NCBI GenBank assembly: GCA_965208905.1
Contig: OZ242365.1
Location: forward strand, 1,056,001 to 1,120,000
Source of the DNA: Nitrosopumilaceae archaeon
GTDB lineage: Archaea > Thermoproteota > Nitrososphaeria > Nitrososphaerales > Nitrosopumilaceae
Reading direction: 5' to 3'
Length of the DNA stretch: 64,000 nt
The translations under genes and the position numbers were made by a program. Under the pieces are notes generated by a model. The model searched no databases and was not told the origin of the DNA. It saw nothing but the letters and a program-made list of their open reading frames with translations. Shown here one piece after another: positions 34,746-44,942 of this stretch. Each line of letters opens with the position of its first letter. Within the stretch, counting starts at the first letter, position 1.

Positions 34746-35330
34746 ATGCAGGGTGTAGAGTGCAGTGATGCAAATATCAATCTGGCTGCACGCATGGTGC
34801 AGCAGGGCAAAGTCATAGTCTTTCCCACTGATACTGTATACGGTATAGGATGTGACCCGTACAACATACAGGGCATAAGACGAATATACCAGATAAAGGG
34901 GCGCGATACATCAAAGTCCCTACCAGTACTGGTAAAGTCAGTGGATACAGCACAGCAGATGGCCATCATGACAGATTGTGCCAAAAGACTAGCAGAGAGA
35001 TTCTGGCCAGGACCTCTTACAATAATACTATACATGCAGAAAGACGGCCCCAAGTATGTGTCACAGAACGACAAGATAGCCGTGCGCATGCCAGATGGAC
35101 GGTGCATCCGAGAGTTATTAGATAGATGTAATTGCATAGTGGGGAGTAGCGCCAACATTTCAGGACATGGATCATCACGTACACTACAGGATATAGATGT
35201 GTCATGTGACATGGCATTAGATGGTGGTATCATACCCAAAGGTGGCGAGTCAAGTATTGTGGATGCAACAAGAGAGGATATTGTAATATTACGCCAGGGG
35301 GCCATATCAAAAGAGGACATGCTATGTTGA
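34746..35330 (+). CDS. sua5: L-threonylcarbamoyladenylate synthase (YrdC/TsaC domain only)
   Basis: PTDTVYG, KGR, WPGPLT, SANISG, LRQG. Confidence 0.93.
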   Translation: MQGVECSDANINLAARMVQQGKVIVFPTDTVYGIGCDPYNIQGIRRIYQIKGRDTSKSLPVLVKSVDTAQQMAIMTDCAKRLAERFWPGPLTIILYMQKDGPKYVSQNDKIAVRMPDGRCIRELLDRCNCIVGSSANISGHGSSRTLQDIDVSCDMALDGGIIPKGGESSIVDATREDIVILRQGAISKEDMLC

Positions 35331-35839
35331 ACCTCATAGTCACATGCTTTAGACATGCAGAAGAAGATGCCATCCTAGAGATGAAAAGATTAACCGATGA
35401 TACCGTTAGTATGAAACAGACCAACATCTCGGGAGTATTGACTGGTCTGACATCTAAAGATCCAATAATGATATCACAAGGCATACAAGATATGGTCGCA
35501 GAGGAGCCATGGAGTGTTCGGTATGTACGCCGCATAATACCCATACAGAGTGTGGTAAATACCGACATTGACAGTATAATGGAAGGCATACAACATGTAC
35601 GACATCATATCACAGATGATGATACATGGCGCGTATCTATTAAAAAACGCAACACCTCATTATCAAGTCAAAAGATAATATCAGATATTGCCGGTATGAT
35701 ACCAAACAAGGTATCATTGGAGTCTCCAGATATTATTATACATGTGGAGATATTGGGCGGCATAACCGGAGTTGCAGCTCTACGGCCAGGAGATGTATTT
35801 AGTTTGGATAAAACAAAGAGATCACTATCTGAGAATTGA
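35324..35839 (+). CDS. THUMP-domain RNA-binding protein
   Basis: RIIP, VSIKKR, VSLESPDIIIHVEI. Confidence 0.88.
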   Translation: MLNLIVTCFRHAEEDAILEMKRLTDDTVSMKQTNISGVLTGLTSKDPIMISQGIQDMVAEEPWSVRYVRRIIPIQSVVNTDIDSIMEGIQHVRHHITDDDTWRVSIKKRNTSLSSQKIISDIAGMIPNKVSLESPDIIIHVEILGGITGVAALRPGDVFSLDKTKRSLSEN

Positions 35840-36562
35840 TGCGCACTCCACTAAGATGTCCTCTAAATTATAGCCAGCACGTTTATGCGATTGTGCAAAT
35901 CCAAAGGTCTGTTGGAGCCTCTCTACGTCTCCAGAAAATTTCATTGTTGAGCATTGTACATTACAGAGTAGTTGACGTAACTCTCTGGATTCGCCCAAAG
36001 ATATTACCAGACACGTATCATTGGTAGGGGCGCCGGCCGTTTGAATGGCACTGGATATCTGTGTGGTCCCAGCCAGCCGCTGTATAATATCAATCTCTAA
36101 ATTATTTGATAAGATGTCTTTGTTCTTCTCTGCCGTTATGGATATTTCAAGAATGCGGCGCAGGTGCGACTCACTTAGGACGTAATGGGGGTTTATGGCC
36201 TGTATACGTAGTGTCGGATAGGACTGTCGCATCTCATCCAAGTTTATGGCATCTGCTCTGGCGCAAAATACCAGAACTACATATGGAGGGATATCAAACC
36301 ACAAACCACTAGAGCCTCCATGTATTATGGGTATTATAGAGACAACGTCTCCATCACGTATTATTGTGTTACGTCCATCTAGTGCGGATGAGTCTACTCC
36401 ATTTACGGCTACCAATATATTTTTGGTGTCAGGTATGGGCGTATTTGGCGGAAGGTTCTGTACCATGTTATGTAATAATTTAGATATAGTTGTTTCAGAT
36501 GTGTCTGGAGTATATTGTGGAAATGTCTTTTTTGCGCCACCAAGTAATTTAATAATTATCAT
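35825..36562 (-). CDS. cgi121: Ubiquitin-like MoaD/ThiS domain fused to KEOPS subunit Cgi121
   Basis: VAVNG...DGDVVSIIPIIHGG followed by Cgi121-like AGTTQISSAI. Confidence 0.82.
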   Translation of the reverse strand: MIIIKLLGGAKKTFPQYTPDTSETTISKLLHNMVQNLPPNTPIPDTKNILVAVNGVDSSALDGRNTIIRDGDVVSIIPIIHGGSSGLWFDIPPYVVLVFCARADAINLDEMRQSYPTLRIQAINPHYVLSESHLRRILEISITAEKNKDILSNNLEIDIIQRLAGTTQISSAIQTAGAPTNDTCLVISLGESRELRQLLCNVQCSTMKFSGDVERLQQTFGFAQSHKRAGYNLEDILVECASILR

Positions 36563-36631
36563 ATAATTTTTGTATAAATATGCGACAAAAAAACGTTTGG
36601 AATTAACTGGTGTAAAATGTTGTTTTAATAA

Positions 36632-36988
36632 TTATGCTACTTTTTCATCCGATGTTGTAACTATAGGTTCCGCATCATCGGGTGTCGCGCTATCGGTGGA
36701 TTCATTATTATCATAATCATCAACTATGACTTCAGTGTCTGTAACCTCCAATCGTGCCAGCTCGGCGGCCTCCTCTTCACGAGCCTTCTGGTCTGCAAGT
36801 TGCTTTTGCTCCTCACGGGCAATACGTTTAACTGTCTTTGTGATAAAACCAGCTATTTCGTTCTTGAGTTCTTTGGAGGTGATCGTAGATATTGTCATCA
36901 AGGCCTTTTTGTTATCCTCAAAGTTCTCACCAAAGCTGTCTTCGTATTTTTCAAGCAGATCTGTGGAGATTCGTCTTACTCTATTCAC
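36632..36988 (-). CDS. rps17e: 30S ribosomal protein S17e with acidic tail
   Basis: FEDNK...SKELKNEIAGFIT. Confidence 0.93.
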   Translation of the reverse strand: MNRVRRISTDLLEKYEDSFGENFEDNKKALMTISTITSKELKNEIAGFITKTVKRIAREEQKQLADQKAREEEAAELARLEVTDTEVIVDDYDNNESTDSATPDDAEPIVTTSDEKVA

Positions 36989-37770
36989 TATTTATTATGC
37001 GCCATGGAGGGGTAATTATACCTATAGATTTTGGTCTGGCGATGGTTTTTAGAGGTTGGATATCTATTACGGGTGGCCACATACTGGTCTTGAGTATGAT
37101 ATTGCAAGCCAAAGGTTGTAACATATGTTTGATGCGTAGTGAACTGAATTAAAATCCTTATATGATAGACAATAATTTCGGCTAAAATTAATACAAAAAT
37201 CACATAAACATAATATTGTACCAAAGACTCACAAACTGGATTATATCATAACGATATCTACGCAATTAGAATTACTGTACAGCAAACAGGATACAAGTGG
37301 GTTATACAGAATAAAGACATGTATATCCACCCCGCAGCAACTTGTTGCGGTAATACACCTAGGCATACTTAATGACTCTTAGATGGTCGTACATCTTGGC
37401 TAATTTTATCTCCCCTGTACAATATATGCAATTTATGGACTCTACAACCTCAGCTGAAAGTGTGTTGTTTTTGTCTCTTGCACTGCCCTTACTGGCTTGA
37501 TCAGAACAACTAATTTATTCAAAAACCCCAACATATTCCCTTTGAGATTGCGGTATTTGATATACATTTTCGGCAGTCGAATCTCATGCTGCCCGCACAT
37601 CTGACGATCAGAGCCTATGTGAAACCGACCAAAACACGGGCCCTGGCCCACCATACCGTCAAGTTTAGGTAGAAACATCTTCAGCGCCTCGATCTTTCTG
37701 GTGTCCGACACCCGGTTGGTACGTCTCCGTAGAACATCTGCAGGTGTATAATACTCAAATCTTTGTGCGG

Positions 37771-38529
37771 TCATTTGAGATAGTTACACAGATAGGATTT
37801 CATATTAGAGTGTAGTTGTTCTATCATATCCGCATAGGAGTATCGGAATGCTTCAGCAGCTACAAACGCCACACTAGGCAGAAACCCCAGCTGAGCTGGC
37901 ATGTGGCAGAAACAGCCAGAGAAACTCACCGGGCCGTCTGTCTCTATCAGGAGCCTATCCAAATGTGTCAATGAGAGTAGTCTCTTTTTATCAGAGGCAT
38001 ATACTGAGAGGGGCCCATATGACACATATAGTCCCATATCCATAGCTCGACGCAGATTTGACTTGTTGCCATCAAACCAATGGAGTAGTGAGCGACACGA
38101 GTACGATGTTAATATATCAAGTATCATATCAAGACTCTTGCGAGAGTGTATGGATACAGGTAAATTCAACTCTTCGGCCATATCCAACTGTGTAGTAAAG
38201 AGTGCCTTCTGCGTCTTCATATCTACAGAGTATGTAGGATCAAGACCCATCTCGCCTACTCCTACAATCTCTTGGTTATGTATGATATCAGATATATGCT
38301 GTATGTCATCTGTATCAGCAAACTGTGGGTGTATGCCCACAAAGGGTAACACTCGAGGACTCATCCGAGATAGCTGTATCGTGTTTATAGAGTCCTCTAA
38401 ATTAGTCGATACACAGCAGGCAACCATATTGGTGGCATCCATGCCTCGCAGAATATACTCCATATGGGGCGAATAGTGTGCATCAGAGAGGTGTATGTGT
38501 GCATCATATAGAGGAGTAGTTTGTTTCAT
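37771..38529 (-). CDS. tatD: TatD family hydrolase
   Basis: DAHIH, GIHP, GEMGLD, IHSR, HWF, ETDGP. Confidence 0.93.
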   Translation of the reverse strand: MKQTTPLYDAHIHLSDAHYSPHMEYILRGMDATNMVACCVSTNLEDSINTIQLSRMSPRVLPFVGIHPQFADTDDIQHISDIIHNQEIVGVGEMGLDPTYSVDMKTQKALFTTQLDMAEELNLPVSIHSRKSLDMILDILTSYSCRSLLHWFDGNKSNLRRAMDMGLYVSYGPLSVYASDKKRLLSLTHLDRLLIETDGPVSFSGCFCHMPAQLGFLPSVAFVAAEAFRYSYADMIEQLHSNMKSYLCNYLK

Positions 38530-38592
38530 TAGACATCTTTGTGATATTTTTTTAACTTTAATACTTATTTAAAAATCAAATACATGTATCAT

Positions 38593-38820
38593 ATGACTAC
38601 AAAGAGTACAGAGTTTGGACTCTCACCTATGTATAGGATACTAAAAAAGAGTGGAGCCGGACGTATTAGTGATGAGTCTGCTACCGAGTTGCGACGAATT
38701 ATAGAGGATATGGCCGAATCTGTGGCTAAAGGGGCAGTAGAATTAGCTACACATGCAGGACGCAAAACGATAAAAGCCGAAGACATCATATTGGCCTCAA
38801 AGATGGTCGGCAAGATATAG
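38593..38820 (+). CDS. Archaeal histone
   Basis: RILKKSGAGRIS...HAGRKTIKAEDI histone fold. Confidence 0.93.
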   Translation: MTTKSTEFGLSPMYRILKKSGAGRISDESATELRRIIEDMAESVAKGAVELATHAGRKTIKAEDIILASKMVGKI

Positions 38821-38854
38821 AGTTTAAATTATTCTTATAGTATGGTCTGTATGC

Positions 38855-38926
38855 GGTGAGGTGGCAGAACGGTTATGCGTGGGCCTGCAAAGCCTATACA
38901 AGAGGGTTCGACTCCCTTCCTCACCT
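38855..38926 (+). tRNA. tRNA-Cys(GCA)
   Basis: Acceptor GGTGAGG/CCTCACC, anticodon loop CT GCA AA, GGTTCGACT. Confidence 0.94.
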
Positions 38927-39343
38927 CTCTTCTGTTACCAGTATTGTGCCGTTCATCCATGGATGTAATGTACAATGATACAGAAAACTTCCCACATACT
39001 CAAAGGTGTACGTGAATGTCTGATCATACTCCATGTGACCGCTATCAAATAAGTCTGTAGCGTTTCCATATACACCTGATGTCACACTATGAAATGCAGC
39101 GTCCTGATTCTCCCAGGTTATTGTATATCCCAAGGGTATAGATAATACATCTGGAATGTAGCAGGCGTTATCCTCCTCGCATCCGGGTCGTGACGACTTT
39201 GTGGGCATTACAATGTCAGGCTCCTGTATTATATCAGTAACAACTGATGGGGCATCTTCTGTATACAATGTTGATAATAATAGTACAGATACCAGAGATA
39301 TCACTACCAGAGATACTACTACAGACAGGATTACAATCCTCAA
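38921..39343 (-). CDS. Plastocyanin/azurin-like blue copper protein
   Basis: N-terminal TM, HSVTSG, YHCTLHPWM. Confidence 0.92.
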   Translation of the reverse strand: MRIVILSVVVSLVVISLVSVLLLSTLYTEDAPSVVTDIIQEPDIVMPTKSSRPGCEEDNACYIPDVLSIPLGYTITWENQDAAFHSVTSGVYGNATDLFDSGHMEYDQTFTYTFEYVGSFLYHCTLHPWMNGTILVTEER

Positions 39344-39957
39344 GTGTGTTCATAGTTGTATAATACGCGCTTTATACATAGGTAGGGGTTTGGGTGGAAA
39401 TTACATACTAAAGTTCATAGAACTACCGGGGGCATTCTACAAGGATAAACCCCCAAATTGTCTAAACATATATCGAAAAATATAAGGATCATCAATTTAG
39501 AATACCAATAATGAATAAATGCGATCAAAAGACATAGGAACAATTCCAACAGTACCGCTTTACGTTCGTCTTGTTTGTTATCGTGCGAATTGCAGGTAAT
39601 CTAAAGGCGCTATACTCGCCCGTAAAGCTGAAATCCAACATCCTATCCAAATCATATGGCAGTCATTCCTGAAGAGTGATGGGGCTATCGTTCATGCAGA
39701 ATAAGGATGAGCTCGACCGGCACTATCAAAGTAGTAGAGTCTATATTTGCTGCCCTGAAGGGGCGGCGGGAAATGGGGAGGTAGCCTTCGTTCCCGTAGG
39801 ACACACATTCAGGACAGGGAGGTGGCCACACAGACCATCGTGTGTAATAGACACACCCCAGGCTGCGTGAACACTTACATCAGATTTTTTAATGAAGATA
39901 TCGGATGGAACATAATGAAAGATGTGTGGCCGCTGTGGCCGTCTGGTGAGCAGTGAC

Positions 39958-41475
39958 ATGGAGCATGCTCCCATAGAGATAGACGAGGAGGTTCTAGAGG
40001 ATCTCAGGACGGCGGTACGCGGGAAGGTGATGGTGCAAGAGTCGACAAGACTGCTGTACTCACTGGACGGAAGTTCATACCAGGTGGTTCCGGACGTGGT
40101 GATTGTCCCAGAGGACGAGGTGGACGTGGTCCGGGCCGTGATAATCGCAGGAGAGGAGGACATCCCGATCACGCCACGCGGATGCGGTACCGGACTAGTG
40201 GGTGGTTCATTGAATGTCGGAATCTGCCTTGACATGAAGAACCTCAACTCCGTCAGTGTGGACGGAGATAGCGCCACCGTAGGGTCTGGTGTAGCTAGAG
40301 GGGCCCTCGACCGGGTGCTGGGCAAGCACGGCAAGATGCTTGGCCCCAACCCATCGGTGGGCGGTTTCTGCTCGATCGGCGGCATGCTAGCACACAACTC
40401 GGGCGGAAGCAGAAGCGTCAAGTATGGCAGTATGGTGGACAATGTGGCAAGGATCACGTTCGTCGACGGAACTGGAAGGATGATCACGCTTCCGGACGAC
40501 GAGGATATAGGGCAGGATGTCATGAGGATTGCCAAGCTTATAGACAGGGACAAGTTCCCAAAGGTGACCAAGAACGCCTCAGGATACAGACTAGACAGTA
40601 TAGGATCCATCGGCGAGACCCACAAGCTGTTGGTTGGCTCTGAGGGGACATTAGGGGTTATTCTCTCGGCTGATCTGAACATCGTCGACGAGCCCAAAAA
40701 CAAGATGCTTTTCGTGCTAGGGTACGACTCATCCTACAGCGCAATGGCTAACTGCCCCAAGGTGGTCGGAACGGGTCCGTCGGCATGCGAGTTTATAGAC
40801 CACCACATTCTCTCCCAGGCGGATCTGGGCCTGGATCCTGGAACAAACTGCATACTACTGGTGGAGTATGACGACGACCTGCAGGAGCGCGCCGCGATGC
40901 TCAGATCGGTCGTTACCGGCACCATAGTCGCCGAGTCTGGCGACCAGAAGGAGATGGACTGGTGGTGGGACCACAGGAACGCTGCGCTTCATCACAGCCT
41001 GGTTGCCGTCGACAAGCACAAGCGGACGCCGCACATGATCGACGACGCGGCCGTGCCGCTGGACCGTATGGTGGAGATGCTTCACATCCTGGACGGCATA
41101 AACGAAAAGTACGGCACAAGCATCATCACGTTCGGGCACGTGGGCAGCGGGAACATTCATGCCCGCTTGGAGATGGATAACACAAAGACCGACACCATAA
41201 GGAAGATCGCGAGTGCGTACTGCAGGGAGATCAACAAGCTTGGAGGTACCATAACCGCCGAGCACGGGGACGGATTCGCGTCCTCGGAGTTTATCGAGAT
41301 GCAGCACGGGAGTCAGAACTACAACGCATTCAAGGCGGCAAAGAGGTATTTTGATCCATACGAGATACTCAACCCGAACAAGAAGATCACCGAGAAGAGC
41401 ACCATTGTAGAGCACCTCTCTGCGGTGCGCACCTTCCACGGAGGCAAGATGGCCCTCTCCGAGGAAGCCTACTGA
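39958..41475 (+). CDS. FAD-binding oxidoreductase (GlcD/Dld-like), GC-rich copy
   Basis: RGCGTGLVGG, GPNPSVG, SEGTLG, AEHGDG; homolog of 32019-33353. Confidence 0.92.
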   Translation: MEHAPIEIDEEVLEDLRTAVRGKVMVQESTRLLYSLDGSSYQVVPDVVIVPEDEVDVVRAVIIAGEEDIPITPRGCGTGLVGGSLNVGICLDMKNLNSVSVDGDSATVGSGVARGALDRVLGKHGKMLGPNPSVGGFCSIGGMLAHNSGGSRSVKYGSMVDNVARITFVDGTGRMITLPDDEDIGQDVMRIAKLIDRDKFPKVTKNASGYRLDSIGSIGETHKLLVGSEGTLGVILSADLNIVDEPKNKMLFVLGYDSSYSAMANCPKVVGTGPSACEFIDHHILSQADLGLDPGTNCILLVEYDDDLQERAAMLRSVVTGTIVAESGDQKEMDWWWDHRNAALHHSLVAVDKHKRTPHMIDDAAVPLDRMVEMLHILDGINEKYGTSIITFGHVGSGNIHARLEMDNTKTDTIRKIASAYCREINKLGGTITAEHGDGFASSEFIEMQHGSQNYNAFKAAKRYFDPYEILNPNKKITEKSTIVEHLSAVRTFHGGKMALSEEAY

Positions 41476-41505
41476 CTCCGAGGGTCATGGTGCCTGGCAA
41501 CATAC

Positions 41506-41533
41506 GCCACACCCGGATAGCCGGGTGGATGGC
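41506..41533. terminator. GC-rich hairpin between convergent genes
   Basis: CACCCGG-ATAG-CCGGGTG stem, extendable by GCCA/TGGC. Confidence 0.4.
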
Positions 41534-41576
41534 CTAGCCTGCGCAGAGCCATCCTGATGCCTTCATGGCACGCATT

Positions 41577-42392
41577 TCAGGGTGCGGGAGATGCTGGGTA
41601 GGATCCGAGCAGTTTAAGAAAGTCGACTTGCTGCTTGATCTCCGAGATCATCTCTTGGACGTTCTCGTCCTGGCCGTGGCCGTCAAAGTCAATGAAAAAG
41701 TCGTACTCCCAAGAGCCAGCCTTTTTGGGGCGCGACACCATCTTGGTTATGTTTATTCTACGGTCCCGAAAGTGTCCAAGCACGTTGTGCAGGGCTCCGG
41801 ACTCGTCCCGGACGGAGACCGTCAACGAGGTCTTGTTACGGCTGACGGGGTCTGCCGCCTCTTTGGACATTATAAAGAACCGAGTGTAGTTCCGCGGACG
41901 GTCCGCTATATTATAGAACATCACCGGGATACCGTACAGCTCGGCCGCCCCCTCGCTGGCTATGCAGACCGTATCTGCCCGGTTCAGGTCTCTTACTATC
42001 TTGACGCTGTCTGCCGTACTGAATGCCACCATCCGCCGCAGACCGTGGCCCTCTATGAACTTCCTGCACTGTTCCAGCGCCTGAGGGTGGGAGTAGACCG
42101 TGCTTGCCTGTCCTATGTCGCCCAAGCCTATCAGGCAGTGTCGGATGGGGTAGTAAATCTCCCCCACTATGACCAGCGAGGTGGAGAGTAACAGGTCGTA
42201 GGTTTGCCCGACGGCGCCCTCCAGCATGTTTTCTATCGGGATTGCCGCATACTCGGACTCTCCGCTCTCCACCATCCCTAGCGCCCCGCCAAAGGTCTCG
42301 GCGGGCATAGTTACGATGGATTTGCCAAAGAACGACTTGGCCGCGCTCTCGCTATAGGCTCCCCGCGCTCCCGGAAATGAGACGCGCGTCAT
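41577..42392 (-). CDS. pheA: Prephenate dehydratase (GC-rich copy)
   Basis: GARGAYS, PIEN, SHPQALEQC, NYTRF, SRP, LLGSYP. Confidence 0.93.
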   Translation of the reverse strand: MTRVSFPGARGAYSESAAKSFFGKSIVTMPAETFGGALGMVESGESEYAAIPIENMLEGAVGQTYDLLLSTSLVIVGEIYYPIRHCLIGLGDIGQASTVYSHPQALEQCRKFIEGHGLRRMVAFSTADSVKIVRDLNRADTVCIASEGAAELYGIPVMFYNIADRPRNYTRFFIMSKEAADPVSRNKTSLTVSVRDESGALHNVLGHFRDRRINITKMVSRPKKAGSWEYDFFIDFDGHGQDENVQEMISEIKQQVDFLKLLGSYPASPAP

Positions 42393-42876
42393 TGCGCCTG
42401 CAGGGCGGCGGTCTTGCCGTCCACAATCTGGGCAGGCGCGATACGTCGCAGTGGCCCGTACGACTCCAAGCCTTGGCGAATCACGGCTTTAGGCATTCGA
42501 TGCCTGTCGTCTGTACCGTGCTGCACGCCGGAGACCATCGGGTCGCCGGCAGGTGCTATAGGGAGCCGAAATCGGAAGATCACTCTTTGTACTGACCAGA
42601 CTGGCAACATCATATGTTGTTTGACTCTCATAGTTTATTATTGTACAGATATGACGGGGTTGCCCAACAAGCGTATTCATGCCGCTTGCGGTCAAATCTG
42701 GGGCGGTCTGGCGCGGGTTTCTGCCCCTCCATAATGCCACATAGTGTGGTATTTTTGCCTCGCAGGAGCCTATTTTGACGGCGCAGTTGTCCGTTTAAGC
42801 AGATCATAAGCCATACATGCCTGTATATGGAGTAGTGATGCCGGTGTTCTGTGTTGTTGTACTTTGGCACAGGGAA

Positions 42877-43447
42877 TTATATACCTGGGTATGCACGCGT
42901 AACATACGCGTACATTCCTAGATGCTTCATGGCGCTTGATGTTTTGGGTCGATTGCACGCTTGATTCTCACGCCGCCGTCTGGCGTCCGGAACTGCACAA
43001 ACAGGTGGCTTCCGGGTCCGGCCCATTTCACGCCTTTCGAGGGCTATTCCTTCCCCCGCGGGAACCTCTCGTCTGGTTCCCCGTTGTATGATGTTTACCG
43101 ACGCATTGCCGTCGGCATTTGCTACATGCCCACATCCCATACACTTGAACATCTCCCCATTTCGGTTCTCCTTGGATATGTAGCCGCATATACTGCACTC
43201 CTGGCTCGTGTGTTTTGGACTTACCTCTACTACATGGATGCCCAGCCGCTCTGCGATAATGCGTATTTTTCGCAGTATTGCATAATGCCGAATAAACCGC
43301 ATACCGCGATTCAGACCTGTCTTGTGCCTGCCACCGCGCCTGCTCATGGCCTCTAAGTTGAGCTGCTCGACATATATTACATCCACGCCCTCGCATATCT
43401 TCTTGGCTAGAAGCCACTCCGCATACTCGCGGTCATTCGCATTACCC
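42877..43447 (-). pseudogene. tnpB: tnpB, 3' part (RuvC-II, Zn finger, RuvC-III)
   Basis: IYVEQL, TSQECSICG...CMGCG, NADGNAS; cut off by IS3 at 43448. Confidence 0.92.
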
Positions 43448-44694
43448 TGGTGGGGACCCCGCTAGAATGAGAACACTCACGTTCATACAGCTTAAAGTCG
43501 TAATGGGAGGGATGATGCCATGGTAAGAACAAAGTTTACTCCAGACCAAAAGATCCAGATCGTTTTGGAATCAATCAAGACCAATATTGGCACGGCCGAG
43601 CTGTGCCGCAAGCACAACGTTCATCCCCAAACGTTTCAAGCCTGGCGGCAAAAGTTCATGGACGCAGGCAAGTCCGGACTGACCCATCACGGAAAGAAGG
43701 ATCCGATAAAGGCCATCAAAAAGGAGAACGGCGACCTAAAGCGAATCATAGGGGATCTGACAATCGCAAACGACGCTTTAAAAAAAACCTTGGAGGCAAG
43801 CAACGATTGAACGCGGTAAAAATCATGCAGGAACAACATTTGAGCCTGCGCAAGTCGCTAGGGTATGCGGGCGTATCCAGGCGCCAATGGTACTACAAAC
43901 CCAAGCCCAGAGACATGGGATTGAATCCGGATATATTGAGCACTGTGCTAGATACGAGCAGAAAGAGGCCCACGTACGGCACACGGCGCATGGCGGCCCA
44001 GATAACGCGCGATACGGGAATTGTGGTGAACCGCAAGCAGATACAGCGGATATATCGCAAAATGGGCTACATCCAGCCACAAAATACCAAAAACGACATC
44101 ATTCGAGCGGGTCAAAAGCTCTTCAAACCCAAAGCCCCACACCAGTTGTGGGAGACGGACATCACATACATCTGGTGCGGTATAGACGGCTGGTGCTACT
44201 GCTTCAACGTAATTGACTGCTTTACGCGCAAGTGGATCGCCTACGCGTTTGATGTCAATGCCACACGAGACATTGCAATCACCTCAATCACCAACGCGGT
44301 TGCCGCAGAGAAACCTGACTGCTCACAATTACGATTGCGTACGGACAACGGCAACCAGTATACGAGCCGCGACTTTAGACATGCGGTTCAGGCCCTTGGC
44401 ATCGGCAAACATGAATTCATCTACAAGAATACGCCGGAGCAGAACGGACATGTCGAATCATTTCACAAGACGCTGAAAAAGGAATACATCTGGCCGCACG
44501 AGTTTGCGAACTATCAGGAGGCAGAGACGATCATTGCAAAGGCCTTTGTAGATTACAACACCGAGAGGATTCATTCCTCTATCGGATACATGACACCAGT
44601 AGAATTTGCCGAACAGTTGGAGATGACAAATAAATGATGGAAGATGTATGTAAAATCATGCCGAAAACAGTAACATTCTATGGGGTCCACTCCA
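43448..44694 (+). mobile_element. IS3-family IS, copy 3, inserted in tnpB
   Basis: Same length, ends and ORF translations as copy 1; TSD ACCC at 43444-43447 and 44695-44698. Confidence 0.96.
43520..44637 (+). CDS. IS3 transposase OrfAB (-1 frameshift)
   Basis: Same translation as copy 1. Confidence 0.93.
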
Positions 44695-44769
44695 ACCCCG
44701 GTTGTACTTTTCTCGTTTATGTTTAATTTTACGTGTTGAGTTTGAGTGTTTGTTGTGGTGCGATATGGT
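44695..44769 (-). pseudogene. tnpB: tnpB, short middle fragment
   Basis: TISHHNKHSNSTRKIKHKREKYNRG joins both other fragments in frame. Confidence 0.85.
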
Positions 44770-44942
44770 GGGACTGGGAAGAAATGCTGACCTAGGGAAA
44801 GTGCTGACCCGAAGTGGGAAGAAATGCTGACCTGACCTATATTTCCACTCCGACCCCAATTTCCACTCCGCTAATTTGACCAATGTTTCCACTCCAGACA
44901 TGAACTACCCTAATGTTGAATAAAAGATGAAAAATATACTAC

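Noticed and set aside
37442-37774. 110-aa ORF downstream of tatD
   Set aside because: No recognisable motif; it may be a fragment, so no call can be supported.
39741-42191. Long antisense ORFs (39741-40703, 40855-41439, 41565-42191)
   Set aside because: Shadow ORFs of GC-rich real genes on the opposite strand.
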